DNA of 64,000 bases from contig AQRS01000043.1 in assembly GCA_000402355.1 (NCBI GenBank), positions 23,090 through 87,089 on the forward strand, in the 5' to 3' direction. The DNA comes from Candidatus Iainarchaeum andersonii SCGC AAA011-E11. Its GTDB lineage: Archaea > Iainarchaeota > Iainarchaeia > Iainarchaeales > Iainarchaeaceae. Below the pieces are notes generated by a model, which was not told the DNA's origin, made no database searches, and saw only the letters and a list, made by a program, of their open reading frames with translations. A program made the position numbers and the translations under genes. Below are positions 18,496-27,426 of the stretch, in pieces; within the stretch, counting starts at the first letter, position 1; each line of letters begins with the position of its first letter.

Positions 18496-19038
18496 TCAAT
18501 TCAATCCCTCTAGTTTTTCAGAAACATCAGCAAGCCTCAAAAGCTCCTTCTCCAAACCGAAAGCGTTCTTCTCCGTTGAAATGATTCCGTTCATTTTTTG
18601 CCCGCCCATTGAACCGTAGCGCTCCTTCAAATAATCGTAACGCTCTTTTAATGAAACCATTTTGTCCGAGTTCACGCGCTTGTCCGCATACCAAACAATC
18701 TTCGCCTCGAGGCCTGTTTTCGAGTCAAAATTGTTCACTTCCCCAAGGCCATGCAGCCTCAAAACCCCGCCGAATTCTGCATAACCGCGCTCCGCCATTA
18801 CTTTGCCGGCTTCCAAAGCGTGCCTGCAGTTGTTTTTGATGCAATGCATCTTGAGGAAATCGTGCATCAAGGAGGCGCGGTCAACCAAACCCAAATCTAT
18901 TTTCTTTCCGTTCGAGGAAATTTTTTTTGCGAGGAAATTCGCCACTTTGCGCACCTCTTCCGTGTGCTTCCTGATGTGTTCCGGCACCCCGAACTCTGCC
19001 ATCAGAGCCTCGCACTCTTCCATGGACGGGATTTTCAT
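18496..19038 (-). CDS. HD-domain metal-dependent phosphohydrolase
   Basis: 'HSLRVA'-type HD region ('IRKHTEEVRKVANFL', 'LMHDF', 'YADK'). Confidence 0.55.
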   Translation of the reverse strand: MKIPSMEECEALMAEFGVPEHIRKHTEEVRKVANFLAKKISSNGKKIDLGLVDRASLMHDFLKMHCIKNNCRHALEAGKVMAERGYAEFGGVLRLHGLGEVNNFDSKTGLEAKIVWYADKRVNSDKMVSLKERYDYLKERYGSMGGQKMNGIISTEKNAFGLEKELLRLADVSEKLEGLN

Positions 19039-19670
19039 TCAACCCTCTCCAGAAATTCTTCAGTGCTTTTGCGCGCGGCCTTCAAAGCGGAATCCTTTTT
19101 CATTCCGAGGAAAACCGCGAACGAGGAAAGGTCTTTTGCGGCGCGCATTTCAGTTTCATTCCGCGCACCTGAAAAGAAAAGCGTTTTTGCATCCGCCTTT
19201 TCAAGCAATTTAAGTGAAAGCATCGCGTTCTTCAGGAGCTGCGACTGCTCAAAGGAGCGCGCCGCAAGGAAATCGCTGAACAAAAATGCGGTGAAAACCC
19301 CGTTCTGCTTCAGAACCGTTATTGTCTGCGAATCAAGAAAATTCTTCTGCGAAGAGAACGGCTGCACAAGCAAATCCGCTTTCTGGGTTCCCGCCCAGAA
19401 GCACATTTCAGGCGAGCTTCCTTGCACCGCAACAAAATCTGCGAGCCTCCTGAAGCGCTGCATTTCATTGTTGTCCTTGCGCACGAGGAGCTTGCAGGAA
19501 AAAAACTTTGTGCCGTATTTCCTTTTTTTCTGCGAAAATTCCTTCAGTTCGGCTTCCGTGAAATCCGAGCAAACGATTATTGCCTCGTCTTTGAATTCCG
19601 GGGCGTAATGCCCAAGAATTTCGGGCTCCCAGAACTGCACCAAGTTAAGGTTCATGAGAAGAAAAGGCAT
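19035..19670 (-). CDS. RNase P protein subunit Rpp30 (Rnp3)
   Basis: The C-terminal 'KTLFFSGARNETEMRAAKDLSSFAVFLGM' parallels Rpp30 '[29 protein letters not shown]'. Length 211 aa. Confidence 0.6.
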   Translation of the reverse strand: MPFLLMNLNLVQFWEPEILGHYAPEFKDEAIIVCSDFTEAELKEFSQKKRKYGTKFFSCKLLVRKDNNEMQRFRRLADFVAVQGSSPEMCFWAGTQKADLLVQPFSSQKNFLDSQTITVLKQNGVFTAFLFSDFLAARSFEQSQLLKNAMLSLKLLEKADAKTLFFSGARNETEMRAAKDLSSFAVFLGMKKDSALKAARKSTEEFLERVE

Positions 19671-19732
19671 GAAAAAAATGAAAAAGCAATAGCATTCAGC
19701 CTTTTAGGAAAAGGCCGGCAAAAAGATTCAAT

Positions 19733-20335
19733 TTATTTGGCGGTCCTGTCGTGCGCCCTTTGGCTCGGGAAGTTCTTTTCGTGGCCCTTGCCCTTGTACA
19801 GGCCCCTTCCCTTTTTGCCCGAGGAAGTGAGTCCGCGGTCCGCCCTTCTGGAGTGCTGCTTAAAGGTAATCCAGTTCCTTTCCCTGTCCGCAATCACTTC
19901 CGGGGCCGAAACATCAACCAAAAGAACCTCGTAATACGTTCTTTTTCCATCTTCTCCAACCCAATAACTGTTCAAAACCTCGCAGTTCGGGTATTTCTTT
20001 CCCGCGCGCTGTTCCGCCATGGTCTGCTTTGAAAGCCTCCTTGTGAGCTTTGAAACGCCCATGCGCTTCGGCCTTCTTCCCCTTACAGGCCTGGTGTGCA
20101 TTCCCGAGCCTTTCCTTATCCTTACGAGAACAGCAAAGAAACCGTTTTTTGCCTTGTAGCCCAAACCCCGCGCCCTCGGAAGATTTGAGGGCTTTTCAAG
20201 CCGGGTCACTGAAGCGCCCAATTTCCTCTGGTCCTCGACCTTCTGCCTGAAAATGGCCGAGTAGGCATAGTCTTTCGACTTCTTGCCATGCGCCTCGCTC
20301 TGGATTGTTTCCGCTACTTGCTTTGTAAAACTCAT
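19733..20335 (-). CDS. rpl15e: Ribosomal protein L15e (eL15)
   Basis: 'YEVLLVDVSAPEV...RRADRGLTSSGKKGRGLYKGKG', an L15e-like pattern. Confidence 0.85.
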   Translation of the reverse strand: MSFTKQVAETIQSEAHGKKSKDYAYSAIFRQKVEDQRKLGASVTRLEKPSNLPRARGLGYKAKNGFFAVLVRIRKGSGMHTRPVRGRRPKRMGVSKLTRRLSKQTMAEQRAGKKYPNCEVLNSYWVGEDGKRTYYEVLLVDVSAPEVIADRERNWITFKQHSRRADRGLTSSGKKGRGLYKGKGHEKNFPSQRAHDRTAK

Positions 20336-20492
20336 TCAAAACCACTAAAAAACCTTTTCTTTTTTAGCCAAAAAGAAAACGTTTACGAAAAGAAAAAGCC
20401 AATATACCCAGCATACTATTACTAATAGGACATTTGACTCACTTATTCTTCATAAAGAAAGAATATAAAAGTATGGGTGGTTTTAATGGTAG

Positions 20493-20882
20493 TCAACTTT
20501 CCCCAAGTTTTCTTAGTTTTATCAATCGGCGGGCTTCTTTTTTTCTCCTTTTAATGCTTTGGCGAAGTACCTTGTACTCCAATCCTGAAGGTACAGGCAG
20601 ACGTGAAAATGGCGGTGTTCCGGCCAGCACATTAGCAATATGGTGGACTCTTTCTTCGCTCATATATTTCTTTTTTCTTGCAGGAATACTAGCATTACCA
20701 CTTTTCCCAACAGAAATGTAACCAGTAACTCTAGTTAGACCCCTAATATTTTTTGCCTCTTGAATAGCTCTATTAAGCCGATTCAGTTTAAGTCGTTTTC
20801 TGGTTTTTCCGGCTTCTTCAAGTTGCCTTATTGCACCAGAAATAATCGATTTTCGCGACTTTAACCCAAGAGGCATATACAC
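20493..20882 (-). CDS. Basic hypothetical protein (possible ribosomal/RNA-binding protein)
   Basis: 129 aa and K/R-rich. No secure family assignment. Confidence 0.3.
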   Translation of the reverse strand: MYMPLGLKSRKSIISGAIRQLEEAGKTRKRLKLNRLNRAIQEAKNIRGLTRVTGYISVGKSGNASIPARKKKYMSEERVHHIANVLAGTPPFSRLPVPSGLEYKVLRQSIKRRKKEARRLIKLRKLGES

Positions 20883-21015
20883 CAGTAACTATGTAAACTT
20901 CCAAACTATATAAAATTAACGAAGAATCGTTTGCACGTAAAGTAAACGACCTGCACTTTTAGTCATGGTTTTCCCTCACTAAAAATGCAAAGCCGGTGAA
21001 TAAGCGAACCATGAT

Positions 21016-21288
21016 TCAGGCCGCTCTTTCACCACGAAAGCGCTGCTGCCTTCTCGCCGCATTTTTCGGCCCGGAAAAAACAAGCGGCTCAACTGTGCCT
21101 TCATGGACTCCGTTCAATCCGATCCTGCCGTCTGAAAGCCTAGTAACGATGAAATTCTGTCCAAACCTGGCGCTTTCTCCTTGGTTGAGCCTCGCCCCAA
21201 ACCTCCTGACGCGGCCCACAAAAGCAACTGACGAGTGTTGTTTCGAGCGCGTTTTCCTTAGCCTTCCTGGCCATATTCTTCTTGCCAT
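21016..21288 (-). CDS. Hypothetical basic 90-aa protein in an otherwise ORF-poor 550-bp region
   Basis: The only sizeable ORF in 20890-21460. Arg-rich. Assignment weak. Confidence 0.2.
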   Translation of the reverse strand: MARRIWPGRLRKTRSKQHSSVAFVGRVRRFGARLNQGESARFGQNFIVTRLSDGRIGLNGVHEGTVEPLVFSGPKNAARRQQRFRGERAA

Positions 21289-21462
21289 TCTTAGATTGGG
21301 GTTCTGTTGGTTAAATTCTTTTCGCCTCGTAAAAAAAACGTTTTTTGCGTATTATATCAAAAGACATTAATTCAGCAACTTTTATTAGTGTCTTTTGATA
21401 GCTATCAAAGGACATTATTTGTTTCATTATTTATGCCCTTTGATATTATTATTAATTATTGC

Positions 21463-22506
21463 ATGGAAAATTCCGATATGCAGGATTTGCAATTGAATCG
21501 CTGTGACAAATGCGGGCAACCCGCAAAAGTGTTCCTCGGCTACGGGCCGCACCGCTTCTGCGCGGAACACTTCAACAACTTTTTTGAAAACCGCGTGCGA
21601 AAAACCATACGCACAAACAAGCTCATAAATTACGGCGAGAAAATTGTTGTCGGGGTTTCAGGCGGAAAGGACTCAATGACAACACTGCACTTGCTGCACA
21701 ACATATACGGAAAAACAGGCCTCAACAAAATCGAGGCGATAATGATTGACGAAGGAATACACGGTTACCGCGATAATGCCCTGCAAATCGGCGTGAAGTA
21801 CTGCGAGCAAAACTCAATTCCTTATCACGTTGTGCGCTTCGAGGAGGAATTCGGCTACTCGATGGAAGACGTGATGAAAAAAATTTCGGGAGACGAAAAA
21901 TTAGGAAGCACATGCGGCTTCTGCGGAGTATTTAGGAGGCACTTTTTGAACTCAAAGGCGCTTGAAATCGGCGCGGACAAGATTGCGACAGGCCATAATT
22001 TGGATGACGAGTGCCAGAGCATTGCAATGAGCCTGTTCAACAACGAGCTTGCAAAAATCTCGCGCTCCGGAGAAACAACAGGCGCAAAAAAAGAAAAATT
22101 CGTGCCGCGCATAAAGCCCCTTTACGAAACGCCCGAAAAAGAAATCATTGCGTACGCCGCATTCAATGGAATCGAGCATTACTCTGAAGAATGTTGCCCG
22201 TTCTCCTGGATGGCGAAGCGCAACCACTACAGGAAAATGCTGAACGAGCTCGAGGAGTTCTCGCCGGGAACAAAGCACTCTTTGCTCGCTACATTCAGGA
22301 AACTGAAGCCGATGCTCCTGGAAAACGAAAAGCAGAACGGGAACAAACTAAGGGAATGCGGAGCGTGCGGCAACCCATCAAACGGAGCCCTGTGCAACGT
22401 GTGCACGCAGCTCGAAAAATTGAGGCAAATGAATCCGCGGAAGGCGGCTTCGCGGAGCCTGAAAAGGAAAAGCTCCTTAACGTGCGTGGAAACTAAGGAG
22501 ATGTGA
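21463..22506 (+). CDS. tRNA 2-thiolation protein, TtuA/NcsA (Ncs6/Ctu1) family PP-loop ATPase with N- and C-terminal zinc fingers
   Basis: 'VGVSGGKDS' PP-loop, an N-terminal 'CDKCG...C' and a C-terminal 'CGACG...CNVC'. The start was trimmed to Met at 21463. Confidence 0.75.
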   Translation: MENSDMQDLQLNRCDKCGQPAKVFLGYGPHRFCAEHFNNFFENRVRKTIRTNKLINYGEKIVVGVSGGKDSMTTLHLLHNIYGKTGLNKIEAIMIDEGIHGYRDNALQIGVKYCEQNSIPYHVVRFEEEFGYSMEDVMKKISGDEKLGSTCGFCGVFRRHFLNSKALEIGADKIATGHNLDDECQSIAMSLFNNELAKISRSGETTGAKKEKFVPRIKPLYETPEKEIIAYAAFNGIEHYSEECCPFSWMAKRNHYRKMLNELEEFSPGTKHSLLATFRKLKPMLLENEKQNGNKLRECGACGNPSNGALCNVCTQLEKLRQMNPRKAASRSLKRKSSLTCVETKEM

Positions 22507-22552
22507 AGCATGAATGGATATGTTTATATTTTTCTTATATGAAACTCTTGTT

Positions 22553-22780
22553 ATGCAGAAGAAAAAGATTTATAATTTCGCGGTCCTGATAGAGCAGGAT
22601 TCGCAGGGCTGGTTCGTTGCCCGCGTCCCGGATATCCAGGGTTGCTATACACAGGGCAAAACCGTCCAGCAGGCATTGGAAAGGATAAAGGAAGCCATCC
22701 AGGTTTGCGTCGAGGCAGATAAGCTGCAGCCTTCCGATTTGAAGTTCGTTGGTTTGCAGAACGTTGAAGTCAGGGTCTGA
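22553..22780 (+). CDS. hicB: HicB-family antitoxin (UPF0150)
   Basis: 'YNFAVLIEQDSQGWFVARVPDIQGCYTQGKTVQQALERIKEAIQ', the canonical HicB N-domain. Confidence 0.7.
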   Translation: MQKKKIYNFAVLIEQDSQGWFVARVPDIQGCYTQGKTVQQALERIKEAIQVCVEADKLQPSDLKFVGLQNVEVRV

Positions 22781-22786
22781 TTAACT

Positions 22787-23011
22787 TTGCCGCGCCTGAT
22801 TCCCGTATCCGGCAGGGAAATGTGCAGGATTCTCGAAAAACTCGGCTTCAGGAGAATCCACCAAGTGGGAAGCCACGTGAGGCATATTCATCCTGACGGC
22901 AGAAAAACGGTTGTGCCGGTGCACGGAAACGAAGAATTGGGAATCGGAATCCTGAAAGAAATACTCAAGCAATCAAAAATTCCAAGAAGCGATTATGAAA
23001 AGTTGAGGTAA
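22787..23011 (+). CDS. hicA: HicA-family mRNA interferase toxin
   Basis: 'CRILEKLGFRRIHQVGSHVRHIHPDGRKTVVPVHGNEELGIGILKEILKQ', the canonical HicA. Confidence 0.75.
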   Translation: MPRLIPVSGREMCRILEKLGFRRIHQVGSHVRHIHPDGRKTVVPVHGNEELGIGILKEILKQSKIPRSDYEKLR

Positions 23012-23122
23012 ACGAATCCGCAGAAGGCGCCCCGCACAGCCTGAAGAAAAAGAGTTCGCTTACGTGCATGGAAACAAAGGCGGGGAGAAATTAAAATAAA
23101 GGGCAAAAACAATTGATATTTA

Positions 23123-23944
23123 ATGAGAAACCTTAACTTGAAGAGAAGAGACAAAGCGGCCGGGACGGTCAGATTTGACGGCCCGTTTAACAAAGGAAAG
23201 CAAATAGAGGACAATACCTTTCATTCAAAAGTCGGAAGAACGCCTGTTGTTGTTTCTTCCAAGAGAATTAAGCATTTCGACTCACATTTTGGTAGAAGAG
23301 GCGATGCCCTTCATATAGCAAATAGTGACCCTAATAAAGTCGGGGAATTGATTTCAAAAATTTCTAGGGCAGGCGTTCTTGTTCCAGAATTTTCGGCATT
23401 TTTCGAAAAACCGGAAGAACATGGAATAGATTATGCCTACGAAAGGATTGGGCGGAAATCCTTGGTGAAGAACCGGGAAACAAACCAGAACACCCTGTCA
23501 AAGTACCTCAGTGACTTTGCAAACAAAGACAGCTCCGATCCTTCGTATGTAAAACAACTGAGGGCGCTTTTATCATCGACCGCCAGAAGCATGGGAACAA
23601 TTCACCGGCTTAAAATACTCCACAGCCATCCGCATTTCAATAATTTTATCCCTGTGAAGTCAAGGGTCGGTGTCATAGACTTCTATCTAGCACGCGAGGT
23701 GAATGTCAATTGGTCAAATCCGCAAAGCATTGTTTATGAGTTCAGGCCGGATTACGCTTACTTGACATCAAATTTTGAAAGAATTGGGCAACGCTGCAAA
23801 CCGGAAAGGCTCAAGGTTTTTGATTCGCTCCGCACTTATTTTTTCAGAAAGCTCGTGGAAAGGTACCCGACAAGCGACGAAAATAAAAGAAAAGTCTTAA
23901 GAACACTTTTAGATTGGTCAGATCGAACCTCCAAGATAATTTAG
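23123..23944 (+). CDS. Hypothetical protein (273 aa), accessory region
   Basis: Long ORF with no recognisable motif, between hicBA and tRNA-Val. It is followed by the hairpin ggcag-N7-ctgcc plus a T-run. Confidence 0.4.
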   Translation: MRNLNLKRRDKAAGTVRFDGPFNKGKQIEDNTFHSKVGRTPVVVSSKRIKHFDSHFGRRGDALHIANSDPNKVGELISKISRAGVLVPEFSAFFEKPEEHGIDYAYERIGRKSLVKNRETNQNTLSKYLSDFANKDSSDPSYVKQLRALLSSTARSMGTIHRLKILHSHPHFNNFIPVKSRVGVIDFYLAREVNVNWSNPQSIVYEFRPDYAYLTSNFERIGQRCKPERLKVFDSLRTYFFRKLVERYPTSDENKRKVLRTLLDWSDRTSKII

Positions 23945-24000
23945 TGGGGATAGGCAGAGTCGAACTGCCTTTTGACGAATTGAATAAAAAAAGAAAAAAA

Positions 24001-24072
24001 TGGGCCCGGGAGGAGTTGAACCCCCGTCCCAACCATGTCAAGGTTGGATCATAGCCGTTAGAACACGGGCCC
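24001..24072 (-). tRNA. tRNA-Val (anticodon GAC), atypical D-arm
   Basis: GGGCCCG/CGGGCCC acceptor, anticodon stem CAACC/GGUUG with loop UUGACAU, T-arm GGGGG-UUCAACU-CCUCC, discriminator A, followed by a T-run. The D-stem pairs poorly (GUUC/GAUC with a U-U). Confidence 0.6.
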
Positions 24073-25111
24073 GGTGAGGCAGTATAACACTCTCGTACTC
24101 GGGAAAGTATTTTAATGTTTCTTCCTGATATAGGAATTTGTTATGTTTGAACCTTTCTTCGAACCTTATTATATGCCTCAAATTTGAGCTTCCCACTTCC
24201 GAAAAATACTTTTTGATTTTTGGCCATGAATTCGAGCCCACCTGCCCCTTAAAATTATACGTAAAATAACCGGACTTCAAGCCTAATTCATAAACCTGGT
24301 TGAGAAGCACCGGGCTATAGGAAGTGAATGCCATGCATAAGTAAATCGAGCGCCTGGAAAAAGAGCCGTCAGTATCCATCAAGCCACGTAGGCAAGCCTT
24401 TGCCAATTCGCCATCAGCCAAGATAAAGTCCGGAATTTTAGACTGATTTCTTATCTTGTCCCCGTTCTTCAAATTGAAATTTTTCCTGAAAAAGTCAACA
24501 AATTTTTTTGAATGGATTTGCAACGCGAGCTGGTTTGTTGATGGAACTTCCAAGATTACCGAAGCGATGCCAAAGTTTCGTTTTATAACGCCCGAAAGAT
24601 ATTCAAAATAGTTGTGATCAAAACGTTTATCGCCTGAAATCCTCATGAAATATTCTGTAAGAGTGCCGTCTCCAAGATAAACCCCTAAAAGCCCTGCAAT
24701 TTCAGCATTAATTTTCTCAGGCACGATTATATTTTTTGAAGTAACAGGGTGCGGCCTATTAGGATTAGCAAAACCCCCTTTTTGCCTGAGCATCTGCAGA
24801 TATTCCTCACCATATTTTTGCCTTACAACAGCAATCCCTCTCTTGCCCCCTTTTATCGCGCCCCAATTAGAATCCAAAAACTTTGCATTGGACAAAAATT
24901 TTTGTTTTTGCGCTTCATCCAACGGAGCAGACAGTTTCTCAAAAATATGAACAGGGATTGTTAACTCTCCTCGCCTGTAGTTCTTGAAAGTGGAATAATC
25001 AATGCTGAGTTCCTTTGCGAGCTGTTTTCCGCTCTTCAAACGGAGCAACGATTTAATGATTTCAAAAAACTCTTCCCTCAACTCTTCAGGAAGAAGAATC
25101 CTGTCGCGCAT
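24038..25111 (-). CDS. Free-standing LAGLIDADG homing-endonuclease-like protein with N-terminal HTH
   Basis: Two LAGLIDADG motifs ('LLGVYLGDGTL', 'LRGLMDTDGSFS') and an N-terminal HTH 'LAKELSIDYSTFKNYRRGELTIP'. The last 11 codons are encoded by the 5' half of tRNA-Val. The start was trimmed to Met at 25111. Confidence 0.6.
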   Translation of the reverse strand: MRDRILLPEELREEFFEIIKSLLRLKSGKQLAKELSIDYSTFKNYRRGELTIPVHIFEKLSAPLDEAQKQKFLSNAKFLDSNWGAIKGGKRGIAVVRQKYGEEYLQMLRQKGGFANPNRPHPVTSKNIIVPEKINAEIAGLLGVYLGDGTLTEYFMRISGDKRFDHNYFEYLSGVIKRNFGIASVILEVPSTNQLALQIHSKKFVDFFRKNFNLKNGDKIRNQSKIPDFILADGELAKACLRGLMDTDGSFSRRSIYLCMAFTSYSPVLLNQVYELGLKSGYFTYNFKGQVGSNSWPKIKKYFSEVGSSNLRHIIRFEERFKHNKFLYQEETLKYFPEYESVILPHRARVLTAMIQP

Positions 25112-25350
25112 AATACCAGAAACGGAGCAAGGCCGTTTACCACTTTGCAAGGAGGGCACATTGCCGGTGCTCATAAAAGCCACCCCACAATGTATTCCAA
25201 GGACGAACCCTTCAAAGTAAGTGAAAACGCACCTGAGCTTTCCAAATGGAGCAGCTATGTCCAAAAACACGACAAGCAATTAAGAAAAAATGAGCAAAAG
25301 CGCTGGTAATAATGTAGCTGTTTTAATGTGTTTGTAGCAGGAAATGCCGT

Positions 25351-26241
25351 ATGGATATTCCAAAATGCGAAAAATGTGGAAAGCCTCAATTTGAATCCCG
25401 CGGAATTGGTAAGCCACATAAACTCCATAACTGTGAAAGAACTACTTGGCAAGATTGGCTACATTTAAGTGCCTTAATAATATTTGGATTTTTAACGATT
25501 GTTTATGGGGCACTAGCCGGAGACCAAAAAGTAGCAAGCGGTTTGTTGGCAATCATACTAGTAATATTTGCAAGTTTTATTTCAAGTAAAAACTTTCACG
25601 AAAATTTTTACAAGAGACTAACATTGGCATTTACAATTATAGGAGTTGGCATAGCTGTCTTGTCTATTTACTATGTTCTTATCTCGATTGACAAATCAAA
25701 CGAGGCATTATCTGTTTCAACTGACAGCTTAAATCTAACTAAAGAAGAACTTAGAAGAAATATCGAACTTGACCAAAATATTCAAAATAGCCTCGCAGAA
25801 GGATTAGACTATAAACTTGGAAGAACGGCAACTGCAGCAAAATTATTTTTGGACAACACAAACCAATATGTTGAGGGTGATTTGCTTTACTCGACAAGAT
25901 TGCCGTCAGATTTCGACACCTACACTACTGAGATGAGAATCACTGACCCAGAAACTATAAAAGGTTTGCTTAACTTAAATGAAGCAACTAAGCGAGTAAA
26001 CATAACCATAGATTATTCATACCAAATTTTGCTATTACCATATATAGATCAAGTCAAAGCCAAAACTGATAATTGGAAAAAAGAGATGAGCATAATGAAA
26101 TTAATACTTCAAAACTCTTGCGTAATGAAACTTCGTTTAGCCCAACTTAGAGGGAAAGAATTTCAAAACCCTAAAATAGGCGAGTACCACTCAGAATTTA
26201 ACCCTGCATTAATTGTTACTGACCAACCAGTTTGCGGTTAA
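25351..26241 (+). CDS. Membrane protein with N-terminal zinc ribbon, 3 TM segments and a C-terminal soluble domain, unknown function
   Basis: 'CEKCGKPQF...HNCE', then hydrophobic segments, then a roughly 180-aa polar domain. Confidence 0.45.
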   Translation: MDIPKCEKCGKPQFESRGIGKPHKLHNCERTTWQDWLHLSALIIFGFLTIVYGALAGDQKVASGLLAIILVIFASFISSKNFHENFYKRLTLAFTIIGVGIAVLSIYYVLISIDKSNEALSVSTDSLNLTKEELRRNIELDQNIQNSLAEGLDYKLGRTATAAKLFLDNTNQYVEGDLLYSTRLPSDFDTYTTEMRITDPETIKGLLNLNEATKRVNITIDYSYQILLLPYIDQVKAKTDNWKKEMSIMKLILQNSCVMKLRLAQLRGKEFQNPKIGEYHSEFNPALIVTDQPVCG

Positions 26242-26376
26242 TTACTTAAAGTTAGCCAAAATTGGCACATCATACTCGGAAAATATATTCATTTCCCGCG
26301 CCTTTTCATGGCCTTTTCCTTCTTCGCAATGGCCTGCCAACTATGAGCAGGGCACCAAGGTTTCAATGAACCAATT

Positions 26377-27411
26377 CTATGCCCTGAATACTCTTTTTAA
26401 AAAATCTCTCCTTGTCAGGCGTTCATCTGCTTTTGCGACTTCCCGGGGTTCCTTCTTTTTTGTTGCCATTCCCAGCCTAAAGCTCCTTGCCTTTTGCTCG
26501 CCCTCTATCCCCTTAAAATAATACAGCGGCCCGTCAAATCTTCTTTCCACGGCGTTCCACTTGAAAAACATTGCAGAGTCCATCTCTCTCGTGTTTTCAA
26601 CCATTGCGCCTTCCAATCGTCTCCAGCCTTCGGCTGTTTTCAGACCTTCTTCAAGATATTTAGCCCGGACAGTTGGATTTTCCAGCATTCTTTCCAAGTC
26701 AGTTCCATGGCCAACCCCATAATAAACACCGATAACGGGCTTTCCGCGCACTGACTGCCTCAGTTGAGGCACCACGATTTCCTCAAGCTTTCTGGCGACA
26801 ACCGCATCCCTGAAATACTTAGTGAAAAACATGTGATTTTCAGAAACAAAATCCCTGAATCTTAAGCCCAGCCTCCTGTACAGGCTTGTCTCGCCTCTTG
26901 CCCGCGCCGTTTTTACAGAGGATTTCAAAAAATCGCTGAAACCGTAAGTAGAAGCAATAGCGGCTCCGACGGCGCCATACGCGAGAAGCGCTCTTCTCGA
27001 AAACCTTTCCCCGCTTTCTTTAGTGGCAATGTTGTTGATGACTTTCCCGACTGCAACAAGGCCTGAAGCGGTCGACAAAAACTTTAACAGGCCTGCCCCA
27101 ACCTCGTACCTGGATATTCTTTTGTCGGCGCGCTCAATTTCTTCATAAGCAATTTCACGGGAAATAGAAGGATCCAGAAAAAAAGCGTTAACTCCGCGCC
27201 TGTCCATGCGGCGACTACGCAGGGTTTCCAAAAACGTTAATTTGATGCCGGGTATTCCGGACAAAAATTGAGACCCCTGCTCGGAAAAATTCTGCTCGAC
27301 CACGACCGCATCAAGAGGCTGGCTTGGCGGGATCGAGTCAACAAAGTTGTCATGCCTCTCCAGATTTATCAGGTAAACAGCGTTCTTCGTTTCACACCTG
27401 ATGTATGACAC
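26377..27411 (-). CDS. Hypothetical protein (344 aa)
   Basis: Long clean ORF with no assignable family. Confidence 0.4.
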   Translation of the reverse strand: MSYIRCETKNAVYLINLERHDNFVDSIPPSQPLDAVVVEQNFSEQGSQFLSGIPGIKLTFLETLRSRRMDRRGVNAFFLDPSISREIAYEEIERADKRISRYEVGAGLLKFLSTASGLVAVGKVINNIATKESGERFSRRALLAYGAVGAAIASTYGFSDFLKSSVKTARARGETSLYRRLGLRFRDFVSENHMFFTKYFRDAVVARKLEEIVVPQLRQSVRGKPVIGVYYGVGHGTDLERMLENPTVRAKYLEEGLKTAEGWRRLEGAMVENTREMDSAMFFKWNAVERRFDGPLYYFKGIEGEQKARSFRLGMATKKKEPREVAKADERLTRRDFLKRVFRA

Positions 27412-27426
27412 GCAATCCCCACAGAA

